Below are positions 20,186-29,008 of a DNA stretch of 64,000 nucleotides, in pieces. Origin of the DNA: an uncultured Bacteroidota bacterium (GTDB taxonomy: Bacteria > CLD3 > SB21); the NCBI GenBank assembly GCA_964602985.1, contig CAZRTJ010000007.1:15094-79093 (forward strand), written 5' to 3'. The notes below the pieces were generated by a model. It had not been told where the DNA came from. It saw only the letters and a program-made list of their open reading frames with translations, and did not search any database. The stretch's first letter is position 1. Each line of letters begins with the position of its first letter. The position numbers and the translations under genes were made by a program.

Positions 20186-21231
20186 CAACCGTTACCGCGC
20201 CGATCATGGGCACACATCTGAGACAAATCACTGTCAGTGACCTGGAGGCCATTCGTACGGTACTCTCCGGGGATTCCGTCATTGACTGGTTTCGGCTGAA
20301 TTTTGAAACCGCTCATGAGGTGGAGTTGTTTCTTCGCGTCAACGGATATGACGTGCACAATGTATCGGATTTGCATCGATTGCATCGTATTCGCCAGGAT
20401 GCTGCAGCCTTCCTGCACCAGGCCCTCGGATACGAGATACCGGATTGCATCACGGACCCTGCCGTGACGATCGTGGACATGCTGCTGCGGGCTTCGCGCA
20501 GTCGGCGGCGGGATCCTGAGCAGAGCATCACCTGTCTGCTCCTGAAAGTCATGCACACAGTTCATCATCTGGATGCCCGGGAGTTGCAACATCGCTGCGA
20601 GTTGAGTGAGTCAGAGGTCTATGGCGTGGTCGTGAAACGGGTCGAATCGGCGATTGAGACGATGAGACGGGAGAATTTTCATATTGTCGAGTATTATGGC
20701 AGTCACAAGGACAAAGCCTCCACGGTGACGAAGTTGTTGGCCAAAAAGGAGAACCACGCGGCCGCCATCTATGACAAGATTCGCTTTCGCATTATCACGC
20801 AAACGCAAGCGGACATCCTGTCGGTCCTATTCTTCCTGGGACGCACCGTGTGTCCGTTCAATTACGTTATCCCGGGAGCTTCTCACAATAACCTCATTTC
20901 CTTTGCGGAGATGGCCGGGTTGATCCCGCGGTTTCAGCATTACGCATCGTACGTCCGTCGAAAGCAACGACAAGAAAAAACAAAATCGTCCGACAATCCT
21001 TTCACCAGCGACGCATATCGGGTGATCAATTTTGTATCAGACATTCCCATTCGTGTCGACGAGATGTTGTACACTCCAGATTTTGTAGAACTGGGTCGCA
21101 TCATCTTTGTTCCAGTTGAGTTTCAGGTATTGGATGCTGATACGTATCGGCAGAATGAGTCTGGAGAGGGAAGTCATCATCAGTACAAATTCCGTCAGGT
21201 GGACGCGGTTCGCAAAAGACTGGGAATCTGA
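20182..21231 (+). CDS. TIGR04552-like protein; nucleotidyltransferase with RelA/SpoT-synthetase-like motifs
   Basis: LSGDSVIDW, LLKVMHTVHH, KDKASTVTKLLAKKE, IYDKIRFRII, YRVINFV.DIP, VEFQV, SHHQYK.RQ, as recalled for the TIGR04552 family. Confidence 0.8.
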   Translation: MTTVTAPIMGTHLRQITVSDLEAIRTVLSGDSVIDWFRLNFETAHEVELFLRVNGYDVHNVSDLHRLHRIRQDAAAFLHQALGYEIPDCITDPAVTIVDMLLRASRSRRRDPEQSITCLLLKVMHTVHHLDARELQHRCELSESEVYGVVVKRVESAIETMRRENFHIVEYYGSHKDKASTVTKLLAKKENHAAAIYDKIRFRIITQTQADILSVLFFLGRTVCPFNYVIPGASHNNLISFAEMAGLIPRFQHYASYVRRKQRQEKTKSSDNPFTSDAYRVINFVSDIPIRVDEMLYTPDFVELGRIIFVPVEFQVLDADTYRQNESGEGSHHQYKFRQVDAVRKRLGI

Positions 21232-21935
21232 TGGTCCGCGTTTCCGTTGTGATTCCCATTCTGAACGAGGCCGATCGGATCGAGCGGTTGGTTGAGTGCT
21301 TGCGGGCGGCCGGGCCGTGGTACGAAGTGATCTGCGTGGACGGGGGTAGCACGGATCTAACGCGTGAGCGGATCGGTAAAGTCGGCGGAGCCATCAGGCT
21401 TCTGCACGATCCGTCCGTCCGGGGCCGCGCGAGACAAATGAACCACGGCGCTTCTTTCGCCACGGGAGATGTGCTTCTTTTCTTGCATGCTGATTGCGAG
21501 TTGCGGCCAGGATCCTCTGCAGCCGTGGAAGAAGCCATGCGCATTCCGGGCGTCATTGGCGGGGGATTCGTGAAGAAATACTCCCATGAGACGTGGTTCC
21601 TGAGGCTGTATCGGATGCTGGTGAACGGCGTACGGACACGACTTCTCGGCAATCTCGTGGGGACCAATGCCATGTTCATACGCCGCACGGAATTTCTGAA
21701 TCTCGGCGGGTATGCCGATATTCCCATTCTGGAGGACGTTCTTCTGTGCGATGCCATGAAGCGTCGTGGCAAGCTCCAGTTTCTTCGGCCTCATGTCATT
21801 TGCAGTTCCCGACGCTATGAACGGTCCGGATCGTGGAAGCGGATGTGGATTGCGTGGAAGATTCTGACTATGTTTCGCCTCGGTCGTGCCTCGTACGAAA
21901 GGCTCAAGTCGATGTACCAACGGGAATCTTCATGA
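21231..21935 (+). CDS. Glycosyltransferase family 2 (TIGR04283-like)
   Basis: SVVIPILNEA, VDGGSTD, GRARQMNHGA, LLFLHAD, SSRRY. Confidence 0.88.
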   Translation: MVRVSVVIPILNEADRIERLVECLRAAGPWYEVICVDGGSTDLTRERIGKVGGAIRLLHDPSVRGRARQMNHGASFATGDVLLFLHADCELRPGSSAAVEEAMRIPGVIGGGFVKKYSHETWFLRLYRMLVNGVRTRLLGNLVGTNAMFIRRTEFLNLGGYADIPILEDVLLCDAMKRRGKLQFLRPHVICSSRRYERSGSWKRMWIAWKILTMFRLGRASYERLKSMYQRESS

Positions 21936-22582
21936 ATTCGGGGCTTCAAGCGGTCCTATTCGACTTCGATGGCGTTCTGGCCTCCACCATCGAAGATCAC
22001 CATCACTCGTGGAATGAGATCTTCAAGGAGTACGGCGTGCAGATCGGATGGGAGGAGTTTGCCCGTCTGGAGGGTCAAAGTCTGTTTTGGATCAGCGAGC
22101 GATTGTGCGCTCACCACGGTATCGGCGAAGACGCAGCACGGGACATCGCAGTTCGCAAGAACGAACTGTACAAGCGCACGAAGACGCCACGATTCTATCC
22201 CGATGCAAATGGGGTGTTGGATCGATTGCAGGGACGGCTCCGGCTGGGGCTGGTCACCGGTGCGCACGCAGATCGATTTGTCTTGTCGACCAGCGACTCC
22301 TTTCGCTCGCGTTTTGGAGCGATCGTCACGGCTGATGACGTCGTTGAGCGCAAGCCCCATGCACAGCCTTATGAAAAAGCCATGGAGCAACTGGGGGTCG
22401 AACCCGGAGGGGTTATTGTCGTTGAGAATGCACCCTTTGGGATTCAATCGGCGATCGCCGCGGGGGCGCGTTGTGTCGCCTTGCGTACGACGCTTCCCGA
22501 TGACGACTTGCAGGAAGCGGACTGGATCGTAGACAACCTGACACAGGCGGAACTCGTGATCCGAAGGGAAGCGGGATGGTAG
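21932..22582 (+). CDS. HAD family phosphatase (beta-PGM-like)
   Basis: LFDFDGVL (DxD), VTG, RKPHAQPY, VVENAPFGI; start reset to 21932. Confidence 0.9.
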   Translation: MNSGLQAVLFDFDGVLASTIEDHHHSWNEIFKEYGVQIGWEEFARLEGQSLFWISERLCAHHGIGEDAARDIAVRKNELYKRTKTPRFYPDANGVLDRLQGRLRLGLVTGAHADRFVLSTSDSFRSRFGAIVTADDVVERKPHAQPYEKAMEQLGVEPGGVIVVENAPFGIQSAIAAGARCVALRTTLPDDDLQEADWIVDNLTQAELVIRREAGW

Positions 22583-23313
22583 AATCTCGTTCGTATTCCA
22601 GCATCGCAGCGATCTATGACCGCATGATGGAGCATGTGGATTATCGGGCATGGACTGCCTATATTCGAACACTTTTTGATCGACACGGCCTTCGGCCGAA
22701 GAGGATATTTGAAATGGCGTGTGGAACCGGATCGTGTGCGGTAGAGCTAAGCCGTTGTGGGTACGAGATGTCATGCAGTGACGTTTCGCCGGAAATGATC
22801 GAGCAGGCAAGAAGGAAAGCCGAGGCGGCGGGTTGCGAGATTTCTTTTCAGATTGCCGACATGCGATCGGTCGACATTCCTCGACAGGCCGACTGTGTGA
22901 TTTGCCTGTATGATTCCATCAACTACATGACCGACGCCGCATCCGTCGGAGGGGTACTGTCGAATGTGCATCGAAAATTGCGGACAGATGGATACTTTAT
23001 CTTCGACATGTGCACGCATAAGAACTCGATGGACAATTTCAAGGGTCGGTACGAACAAGACTCCGACGTCGGTTACACACGCGTAAGCACCTATATGGAA
23101 TCTCAGCGAATGCAGGTGAATGAAATTCGTCTCCGGGATGGAGGAGCCATCTACTGCGAAATCCATCGGCAAAAGATCTACCGACTCAGGGAAATGAAGG
23201 CGATGATTCGCGATTCGGGGATGCATTTGGAAAACTGCTACGCTGATTTGACGCTGTCGCCCGGAACGGAGAAGGCTGATCGAATTCATTTTGTGGTTAG
23301 AAATTCCGCATGA
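22576..23313 (+). CDS. Class I SAM-dependent methyltransferase
   Basis: FEMACGTG, SDVSPEMIEQA, ADMR, YDSINY. Confidence 0.9.
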   Translation: MVESRSYSSIAAIYDRMMEHVDYRAWTAYIRTLFDRHGLRPKRIFEMACGTGSCAVELSRCGYEMSCSDVSPEMIEQARRKAEAAGCEISFQIADMRSVDIPRQADCVICLYDSINYMTDAASVGGVLSNVHRKLRTDGYFIFDMCTHKNSMDNFKGRYEQDSDVGYTRVSTYMESQRMQVNEIRLRDGGAIYCEIHRQKIYRLREMKAMIRDSGMHLENCYADLTLSPGTEKADRIHFVVRNSA

Positions 23314-24632
23314 TTCCTTCCGAAATGATTATCCGCAAACGCGATGGACTCAGCCATACGTCGGATGAAATCCGTGAATGGATTGACCGTTTTACGCGCG
23401 GGACGATCGATGATTCCCAGATGGCCGCCTGGCTGATGGCGGTGTATTGGCGCGGCATGACCCGGGAAGAAACGCGAACCCTCGTTGCCGCGATGCGAGA
23501 TTCCGGATCCCGTGTGGACCTGAGTTCCGTATCCGGAAAAAAAATCGACAAACACAGTACGGGCGGAGTTGGAGACAAGACATCCATCCTCTTGGCGCCC
23601 TTGCTCGCATCTCTTGGCGTCCGAGTCCCCATGATTAGCGGAAGGGGATTGGGTCACACCGGCGGTACCCTGGACAAACTGGAATCCATTCCGGGATTTC
23701 GAGTGCGCGTGGAGATGGACGAGTTCATCCGGCTCGTCAGGACAGTCGGTACCGCGATGATCGGACAGACCGCAGACCTGGCCCCTGCCGATCGCAGGAT
23801 GTATGCTCTGCGGGATGTAACTGGTACCATCGAATCTCTGCCCCTGATTTGCGGCAGTATTCTAAGCAAGAAGTTGGCCGCAGGAATAGACGGATTGGTT
23901 CTGGATATCAAGGTTGGGAACGGCGCCTTCATGAAAACGGAGTCCAATGCGCGCGAGTTGGCGGAGTGGCTGGTCGGAATTTCCGAATCGATGGGGGTTC
24001 GGACCGAGGCGATTTTGACACGAATGGACCAACCTCTGGGTCAGGCCGTTGGTAATTGGCTGGAAGTCAGGGAGTGTTTAGACATTCTGGAAGGCGGTGG
24101 ACCTGATGACGTTCGGGAATTGACACTCGAGCTTGGGCGCAGGATGTTTCAGATCGCATTTCCCGAAGAGAGCGCGGACCGGGCAAGGGAACAGTGCGAG
24201 AGGAATTTGCGCAACGGTCGTGCGATGGATGTGTTTCGCCAGATGGTGAGCGCTCAGGGAGGAGATCCCCGCGACTTGGAGCAGGACTATCCCCTGGCGG
24301 ATGCAGTATTCGACGTGCCTGCTCCGGACAGCGGGTATCTGGGACGCATGGACACATACGGCATTGGAATGATGGCCGTGGAGCTGGGGGCCGGTCGCAT
24401 GCGGGCAGAAGATGCCATCGATCCACGGGTTGGAATGGTGTTCCTGAAGAAACTGGGTGATCCTGTGCAAAGAGGGGAACCTTGGGTCCGTGTAAGTGCT
24501 CCCTCGCATGCGGATCCAAGCCACGTTGCCGTTCGACTGAACAGCCTCCTGCAGATTGTGAAGGAGCGGCCCGTTGTTCCCGGACTCATCATCGGCAGTT
24601 TGAACGCAAGTAATTTGTCTGGAACAACTTAA
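23310..24632 (+). CDS. pdp: Pyrimidine-nucleoside (thymidine) phosphorylase
   Basis: DKHSTGGVGDK, MISGRGLGHTGGTLDKLESIPG, APADRRMYALRD, SILSKK. Confidence 0.95.
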   Translation: MIPSEMIIRKRDGLSHTSDEIREWIDRFTRGTIDDSQMAAWLMAVYWRGMTREETRTLVAAMRDSGSRVDLSSVSGKKIDKHSTGGVGDKTSILLAPLLASLGVRVPMISGRGLGHTGGTLDKLESIPGFRVRVEMDEFIRLVRTVGTAMIGQTADLAPADRRMYALRDVTGTIESLPLICGSILSKKLAAGIDGLVLDIKVGNGAFMKTESNARELAEWLVGISESMGVRTEAILTRMDQPLGQAVGNWLEVRECLDILEGGGPDDVRELTLELGRRMFQIAFPEESADRAREQCERNLRNGRAMDVFRQMVSAQGGDPRDLEQDYPLADAVFDVPAPDSGYLGRMDTYGIGMMAVELGAGRMRAEDAIDPRVGMVFLKKLGDPVQRGEPWVRVSAPSHADPSHVAVRLNSLLQIVKERPVVPGLIIGSLNASNLSGTT

Positions 24633-24636
24633 CGAT

Positions 24637-25311
24637 ATGGCCGTAAGAAAACCCAAGAAGAGCGTATCCGCCCCTGTGCCCGAAAAGAAACTGGCAGAAA
24701 AAGCGGTTCTGGATGAGCAGGAAAGGCGCGAGCGGATTCGGAAAGAAGACTTTGCGCTGGTGAAACGTGCCGTTGCGGGAGAACAGAAAGCCTATGAAGA
24801 GCTGGTCACGAGATACCGGGGTCCCCTCCAGAATGTCATGTACCGGATGGTGCGCTCTATGGAAGAGTCCGAAGACCTGGTTCAGGAGGCTTTCATGAAG
24901 GCCTTTGCATCATTGTCAAATTTTAATTTTGAGTATTCGTTTTCCACCTGGCTCTATAAGATCGCAACAAACAACTGCATCGATCACCTGCGGCGGAAGA
25001 AACTTCAGACCACGTCCATTGATGCGCCGATCGAATACAAAGACAGCTCCTACACATTCGAAATTCCGGATCTGACGTATTATCCGGACAAAGAGATGAT
25101 GCGAAATGAGCGCAACTCGTTGATTAAGAGAGCGATTGACAGCCTGCCGGAAAAGTACAAGACCGTGATTTACCTTCGTCATTCCGATGAGTTATCCTAC
25201 GAGGAGATTGCGGAAATGCTCAAAGTCCCGATCGGTACGGTCAAGGCGCGGATTTTTCGTGCGCGCGAGATGTTGAACCGGTTTCTCAAAGGAAAGGTTG
25301 AACGAAATTGA
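24637..25311 (+). CDS. ECF RNA polymerase sigma factor (SigW-like)
   Basis: EDLVQEAFMKA, FSTWLYKIATNNCIDHLRR, LSYEEIAEML..PIGTVKARIFRAR. Confidence 0.93.
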   Translation: MAVRKPKKSVSAPVPEKKLAEKAVLDEQERRERIRKEDFALVKRAVAGEQKAYEELVTRYRGPLQNVMYRMVRSMEESEDLVQEAFMKAFASLSNFNFEYSFSTWLYKIATNNCIDHLRRKKLQTTSIDAPIEYKDSSYTFEIPDLTYYPDKEMMRNERNSLIKRAIDSLPEKYKTVIYLRHSDELSYEEIAEMLKVPIGTVKARIFRAREMLNRFLKGKVERN

Positions 25312-26138
25312 AGACCTTGTTGCTCACCGGCTGGCTCCTGATCACGGGGGTTCTCGTCGCGCAGGAGGGGGTCCGGAGAATCGATCGGACGGATGAGAAG
25401 GAAGTAAAGATTCGACTCACGTATGCGGCCGGGCAAATCAAGGTCGGACGCGTGGAGGCAGATGCGCTCGCTGAGGTGATCGCGTCCCGTTCCACGCTGA
25501 GACCCAGTGTAAAGTACACCAAGTCTCGTGAAACAGGGTACCTGGATATCGACATCGCGGACGGCGACGATGTGGGAATGGCTGAATTTGGTGAACAAGA
25601 TTGGTTTGTGGGTGTCACCGAGCGCATCCCCACGACGCTGAAATGCGACTTTGGCGCCTGCCGCGGCGATCTCGATTTGTCTGGCCTGCGTTTGCAAAAT
25701 CTCGATATTTCGGTGGGCGCCAGCAAGATGTTGGTTCGTTTTGATACGCCCAATCGTGAAACCATGCACACCATGAAGATCGAGGCCGGAGCATCGAATA
25801 TGCGTCTGGTGGGGCTGGCCAACTCCAACGCCAAACGGATTGAGTTTGAAGGAGGGATCGGTTCTTTCCTGCTTGATTTCAGCGGCTATCTTCAATCCAG
25901 CATGACTGCCAAGATCAGTCTGGGCGTGGGCAAAGCCAATATCCGAATTCCTCAGGATACAAATGTCCGGATTCGGCTCACGGACAATATCTTTTCTGTT
26001 TGCTCCATTGAGTCTCGCGATTTTGATCGGCGTTCGGATAATGTGTACGTCAGCAAGTCGTTCAATGACCAGGCTCCGATCCTGGATATTGAGCTGGAAG
26101 CTGGATTTGGCAAATTCAAAATCGATGTGGATCGATGA
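25308..26138 (+). CDS. Exported beta-helix/'toast rack' (LiaF/DUF4097-like) protein
   Basis: Signal peptide; repeated G(A/V)-S-hydrophobic beta motifs (GACRGDLDL, VGASKM, AGASNM, GGIGSF, LGVGKA). Confidence 0.6.
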   Translation: MKTLLLTGWLLITGVLVAQEGVRRIDRTDEKEVKIRLTYAAGQIKVGRVEADALAEVIASRSTLRPSVKYTKSRETGYLDIDIADGDDVGMAEFGEQDWFVGVTERIPTTLKCDFGACRGDLDLSGLRLQNLDISVGASKMLVRFDTPNRETMHTMKIEAGASNMRLVGLANSNAKRIEFEGGIGSFLLDFSGYLQSSMTAKISLGVGKANIRIPQDTNVRIRLTDNIFSVCSIESRDFDRRSDNVYVSKSFNDQAPILDIELEAGFGKFKIDVDR

Positions 26139-27946
26139 GATCGCTCTTCCTTTTGTGGATTTCCGTCTTTTCAGTTGCGGCCCAGACTTTTGAGCGCGAA
26201 TTGGAATTGGCAGTCGCTCTGGAGAGAGACGGCCAACTCGAAAAATCCCTGACGATCTATCAGAAGCTCTACCGTCTGGACTCGGCGCATGTCCAGGTGC
26301 TTCAAGGGCTCAAGAACGTTTACAAGAGTCTGGGCTACCATGATGCACGACTGCGCCTGATTGAATCCATTGTAGCCAGAGATACCACCCAATTGGTCAA
26401 TCGTATCGAAAAAGTGGACGCGCTCTACCGGGCCAAGCTGGAGCGAAATGCCAAAGCAGAAGCGATACGGGTGATCAATCTGTCCACCGCGACAGAGCAG
26501 ATCTATCGACTCCTTGCGTCCACGATGATTGAGAATCGACAGTTGGATGATGTCGAGGCGGTCTATCAGCATGGACGAGAACGTTTCCGCAACGAGGGTC
26601 TGTTCACGCTGGAAATGGCCCGCTTGCACACGTACCGCGGAGATTACTACCGTGCGACGCGGGAGCTGATCCGATTCTTGGGTGGACAGGAGGACGTTTC
26701 CTATCTCGAATCTCAGATCGGCCAGTTCCCCGAGGGCAAGAATGAAACCGAACAAGTCATTCGTGCGCTGAGGGAATACCTGGCCACGCAGCCCAACCAC
26801 GTTGGTCTGCATCGATTACTGCTTCGCATCTTGATCGGCGCGGGACAATACGAGCAGGCTTTGGACTTGGCCACGATCCTGGACAAGAGACTCAAACGGC
26901 AGGGCGTGGAAATCCTGCTTTTTGCAGATCAGGCTCGCGGGGCCGGTGAATACACTTCTGCCAAGAGTGCCTACGAATTTTTCCTGCGGCAATATCCCAA
27001 CAGTCCGCAAGCGGAACTGGGGTTGGCGATTTGCTATGAATTTCTGCCGGATACAAGACGGGAGGTCGACCTGGCAAGAGATTCCCTGCGCAACGAGCGA
27101 CAGGTCCGCGATGAGGCCATTCGAAGGTATCGAGAACTGGCGCAACGCTATCCGGGAACAGAGTGGGGTGCCGAAGCGCGAATTCGCTGTGCCGACCTGT
27201 ATCTGCTTCACTATTTCGATGTGGATGCGGCGTTGTTGCAGTATCGACAGATTGTGGCGGAATATCCGACCAGTCCGCTTCGAATGCGTGCATGGCTCCG
27301 CATTGCCGAGTCTCTGATCATGACCAACGATCTCGCGGGCGCGGAGCAGGAGCTGACGAAGGCAACCAATCAATTGAGCCGGAAGGACGAATCTTCGGAT
27401 GATATCCAATTTCGACTGGCAGAGATTGCGTTCTACCAAGCGGACTTCGCAAAGGCCAAGGACATTCTGAAACCCTTTGTCGGGAAAAAGCGGGGGCGTG
27501 TGGTGAATGACGCGTTGTCGCTGCTCCTGGTGATTCAAGAGAATCAGAAGGATAAGGCCGATTTGGAGGCCTTTGCCAAGGCGAAGAAGCTCGCGGTGCA
27601 GAAACGCAATGGCGAAGCACTGGCCATTCTCGACGCGTTTCTCAAGTCACACTCTCTGGCCCCGCTGACCGATGACGCTCTTTTTTTGCGTGCTGAGATT
27701 CTGACGGAACAAAAGAAGTATGCCGACGCCGAGAGATCGTATGAATTCCTTAGCAGCGGTCTTCAGTCTCCCCTTGGAGATCGAGCGCTGTTTCGAAAGG
27801 GAGAAGTCGCCGAGATTCAGCGGGACTATCGATCCGCGATTCGAGCCTATAAGGATCTTCTCATTCGCTATCCGCAGAGTATTTATGGTACCGAGGCCAG
27901 AAAGCGGATTCGAACACTCGAAGCGAAGATTCAAAGCTCATCGTGA
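26135..27946 (+). CDS. Exported tetratricopeptide repeat protein
   Basis: Signal peptide; many TPR/YfiO-like repeats (QYPNSPQAELGLA, RYPQSIYGTEARKRI). Confidence 0.85.
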   Translation: MRSLFLLWISVFSVAAQTFERELELAVALERDGQLEKSLTIYQKLYRLDSAHVQVLQGLKNVYKSLGYHDARLRLIESIVARDTTQLVNRIEKVDALYRAKLERNAKAEAIRVINLSTATEQIYRLLASTMIENRQLDDVEAVYQHGRERFRNEGLFTLEMARLHTYRGDYYRATRELIRFLGGQEDVSYLESQIGQFPEGKNETEQVIRALREYLATQPNHVGLHRLLLRILIGAGQYEQALDLATILDKRLKRQGVEILLFADQARGAGEYTSAKSAYEFFLRQYPNSPQAELGLAICYEFLPDTRREVDLARDSLRNERQVRDEAIRRYRELAQRYPGTEWGAEARIRCADLYLLHYFDVDAALLQYRQIVAEYPTSPLRMRAWLRIAESLIMTNDLAGAEQELTKATNQLSRKDESSDDIQFRLAEIAFYQADFAKAKDILKPFVGKKRGRVVNDALSLLLVIQENQKDKADLEAFAKAKKLAVQKRNGEALAILDAFLKSHSLAPLTDDALFLRAEILTEQKKYADAERSYEFLSSGLQSPLGDRALFRKGEVAEIQRDYRSAIRAYKDLLIRYPQSIYGTEARKRIRTLEAKIQSSS

Positions 27947-28969
27947 CCCGACACTGCCCTCCGCCAATTTTTCCCTGGCGAGATCCAGTCTTCGTTTCAC
28001 TTCTTCCGATGGTTTCAGCCGCATGGACTTAGAGAGATACTCTACCGCCTTGGCGTAGTTCTTCGCTTTGAAATAACCCCAACCCAGGATGTCCGTCGAT
28101 TCAAGATTGTTCGGCTTCATTTCATCGGCAGCGTGAGCGAGCTTGAGGCCCCACTCGTAGTCAACGTCCTTGTCGATCAAAGCCCAGGCAACCGAGTTGA
28201 AATTGCGAAATTTGTTGCCCGTCGGGCTTTCAAGAACCTGGTTCAGCAGGTTCTTGGCCTTGGTCTCCTCACCATCTTTCCACATGGCAACCGCGTAATT
28301 TACGCGATTGGATGCTTCCTCCGGCTGAATCTTTGCCAGCGTGCCAAAATACTCGGTTGACTTGGAGTAATTGCCGACAGCAAAAAACAATTCGCCGAGA
28401 TTATACAGGATGGTAACATCGTCCGGGCGGAGTTCGGATGCTTTCACGTATTGTTCAATACATTTCGCCGTCTCAGACCGGTTGTTGTACAAGAAACCAA
28501 GAGTCGTGTGGAGGGCAAAATTACTGACTCCCAGTTCTTGCGCTTTTTCCAGTTTTTCCTGTGCGGGGTCGTACTGATTCTCTTCGAACGCAAGAATGCC
28601 CAGAACGTAAAACGCGTAGCCCTCGTCCGGCTTGGACTCTAGCGCTTGAGCGACATACGTGCGCGACTGTTTGAACATTTCGTCGCGCATTTTCGTGTTG
28701 TTGGTCGCCTTGTGTCGGATACCCGCCATCGCGTAGGCTTCGGCCGCTTTGGCGCTGGCATAGGAGAACGTCCCATCCATGTCAACCGCCTTCAAATACA
28801 GGTCGAGGGCGGATTCCAGGCGTTGTGCGGCCAGGGAATCATCCCCCTGCTTGACCAAGGCGACGGCTTGTTTGGGAACACCCGGAAATTCACCTTTCTT
28901 GCATCCGAACGACGCCACTCCGAGTACACAAGCTCCGAGGATCCATGAACGCAGTATGCGGCTGACCAT
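27938..28969 (-). CDS. TPR lipoprotein
   Basis: Lipobox SFGC; TPRs; terminal DILGWGYFK..NYAKAVEYL motif. Confidence 0.85.
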   Translation of the reverse strand: MVSRILRSWILGACVLGVASFGCKKGEFPGVPKQAVALVKQGDDSLAAQRLESALDLYLKAVDMDGTFSYASAKAAEAYAMAGIRHKATNNTKMRDEMFKQSRTYVAQALESKPDEGYAFYVLGILAFEENQYDPAQEKLEKAQELGVSNFALHTTLGFLYNNRSETAKCIEQYVKASELRPDDVTILYNLGELFFAVGNYSKSTEYFGTLAKIQPEEASNRVNYAVAMWKDGEETKAKNLLNQVLESPTGNKFRNFNSVAWALIDKDVDYEWGLKLAHAADEMKPNNLESTDILGWGYFKAKNYAKAVEYLSKSMRLKPSEEVKRRLDLAREKLAEGSVGSR

Positions 28970-29008
28970 TATTAAACTCCTTTTGCAGAAAATGAGTGGT
29001 TTTGCATC

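Noticed and set aside
21231-23313. Arsenosugar biosynthesis cluster suggested by the TIGR04283-like GT2 and a methyltransferase
   Set aside because: No ArsM-type Cys motifs, arsS radical SAM gene or ars genes nearby; this GT2 family is widespread.
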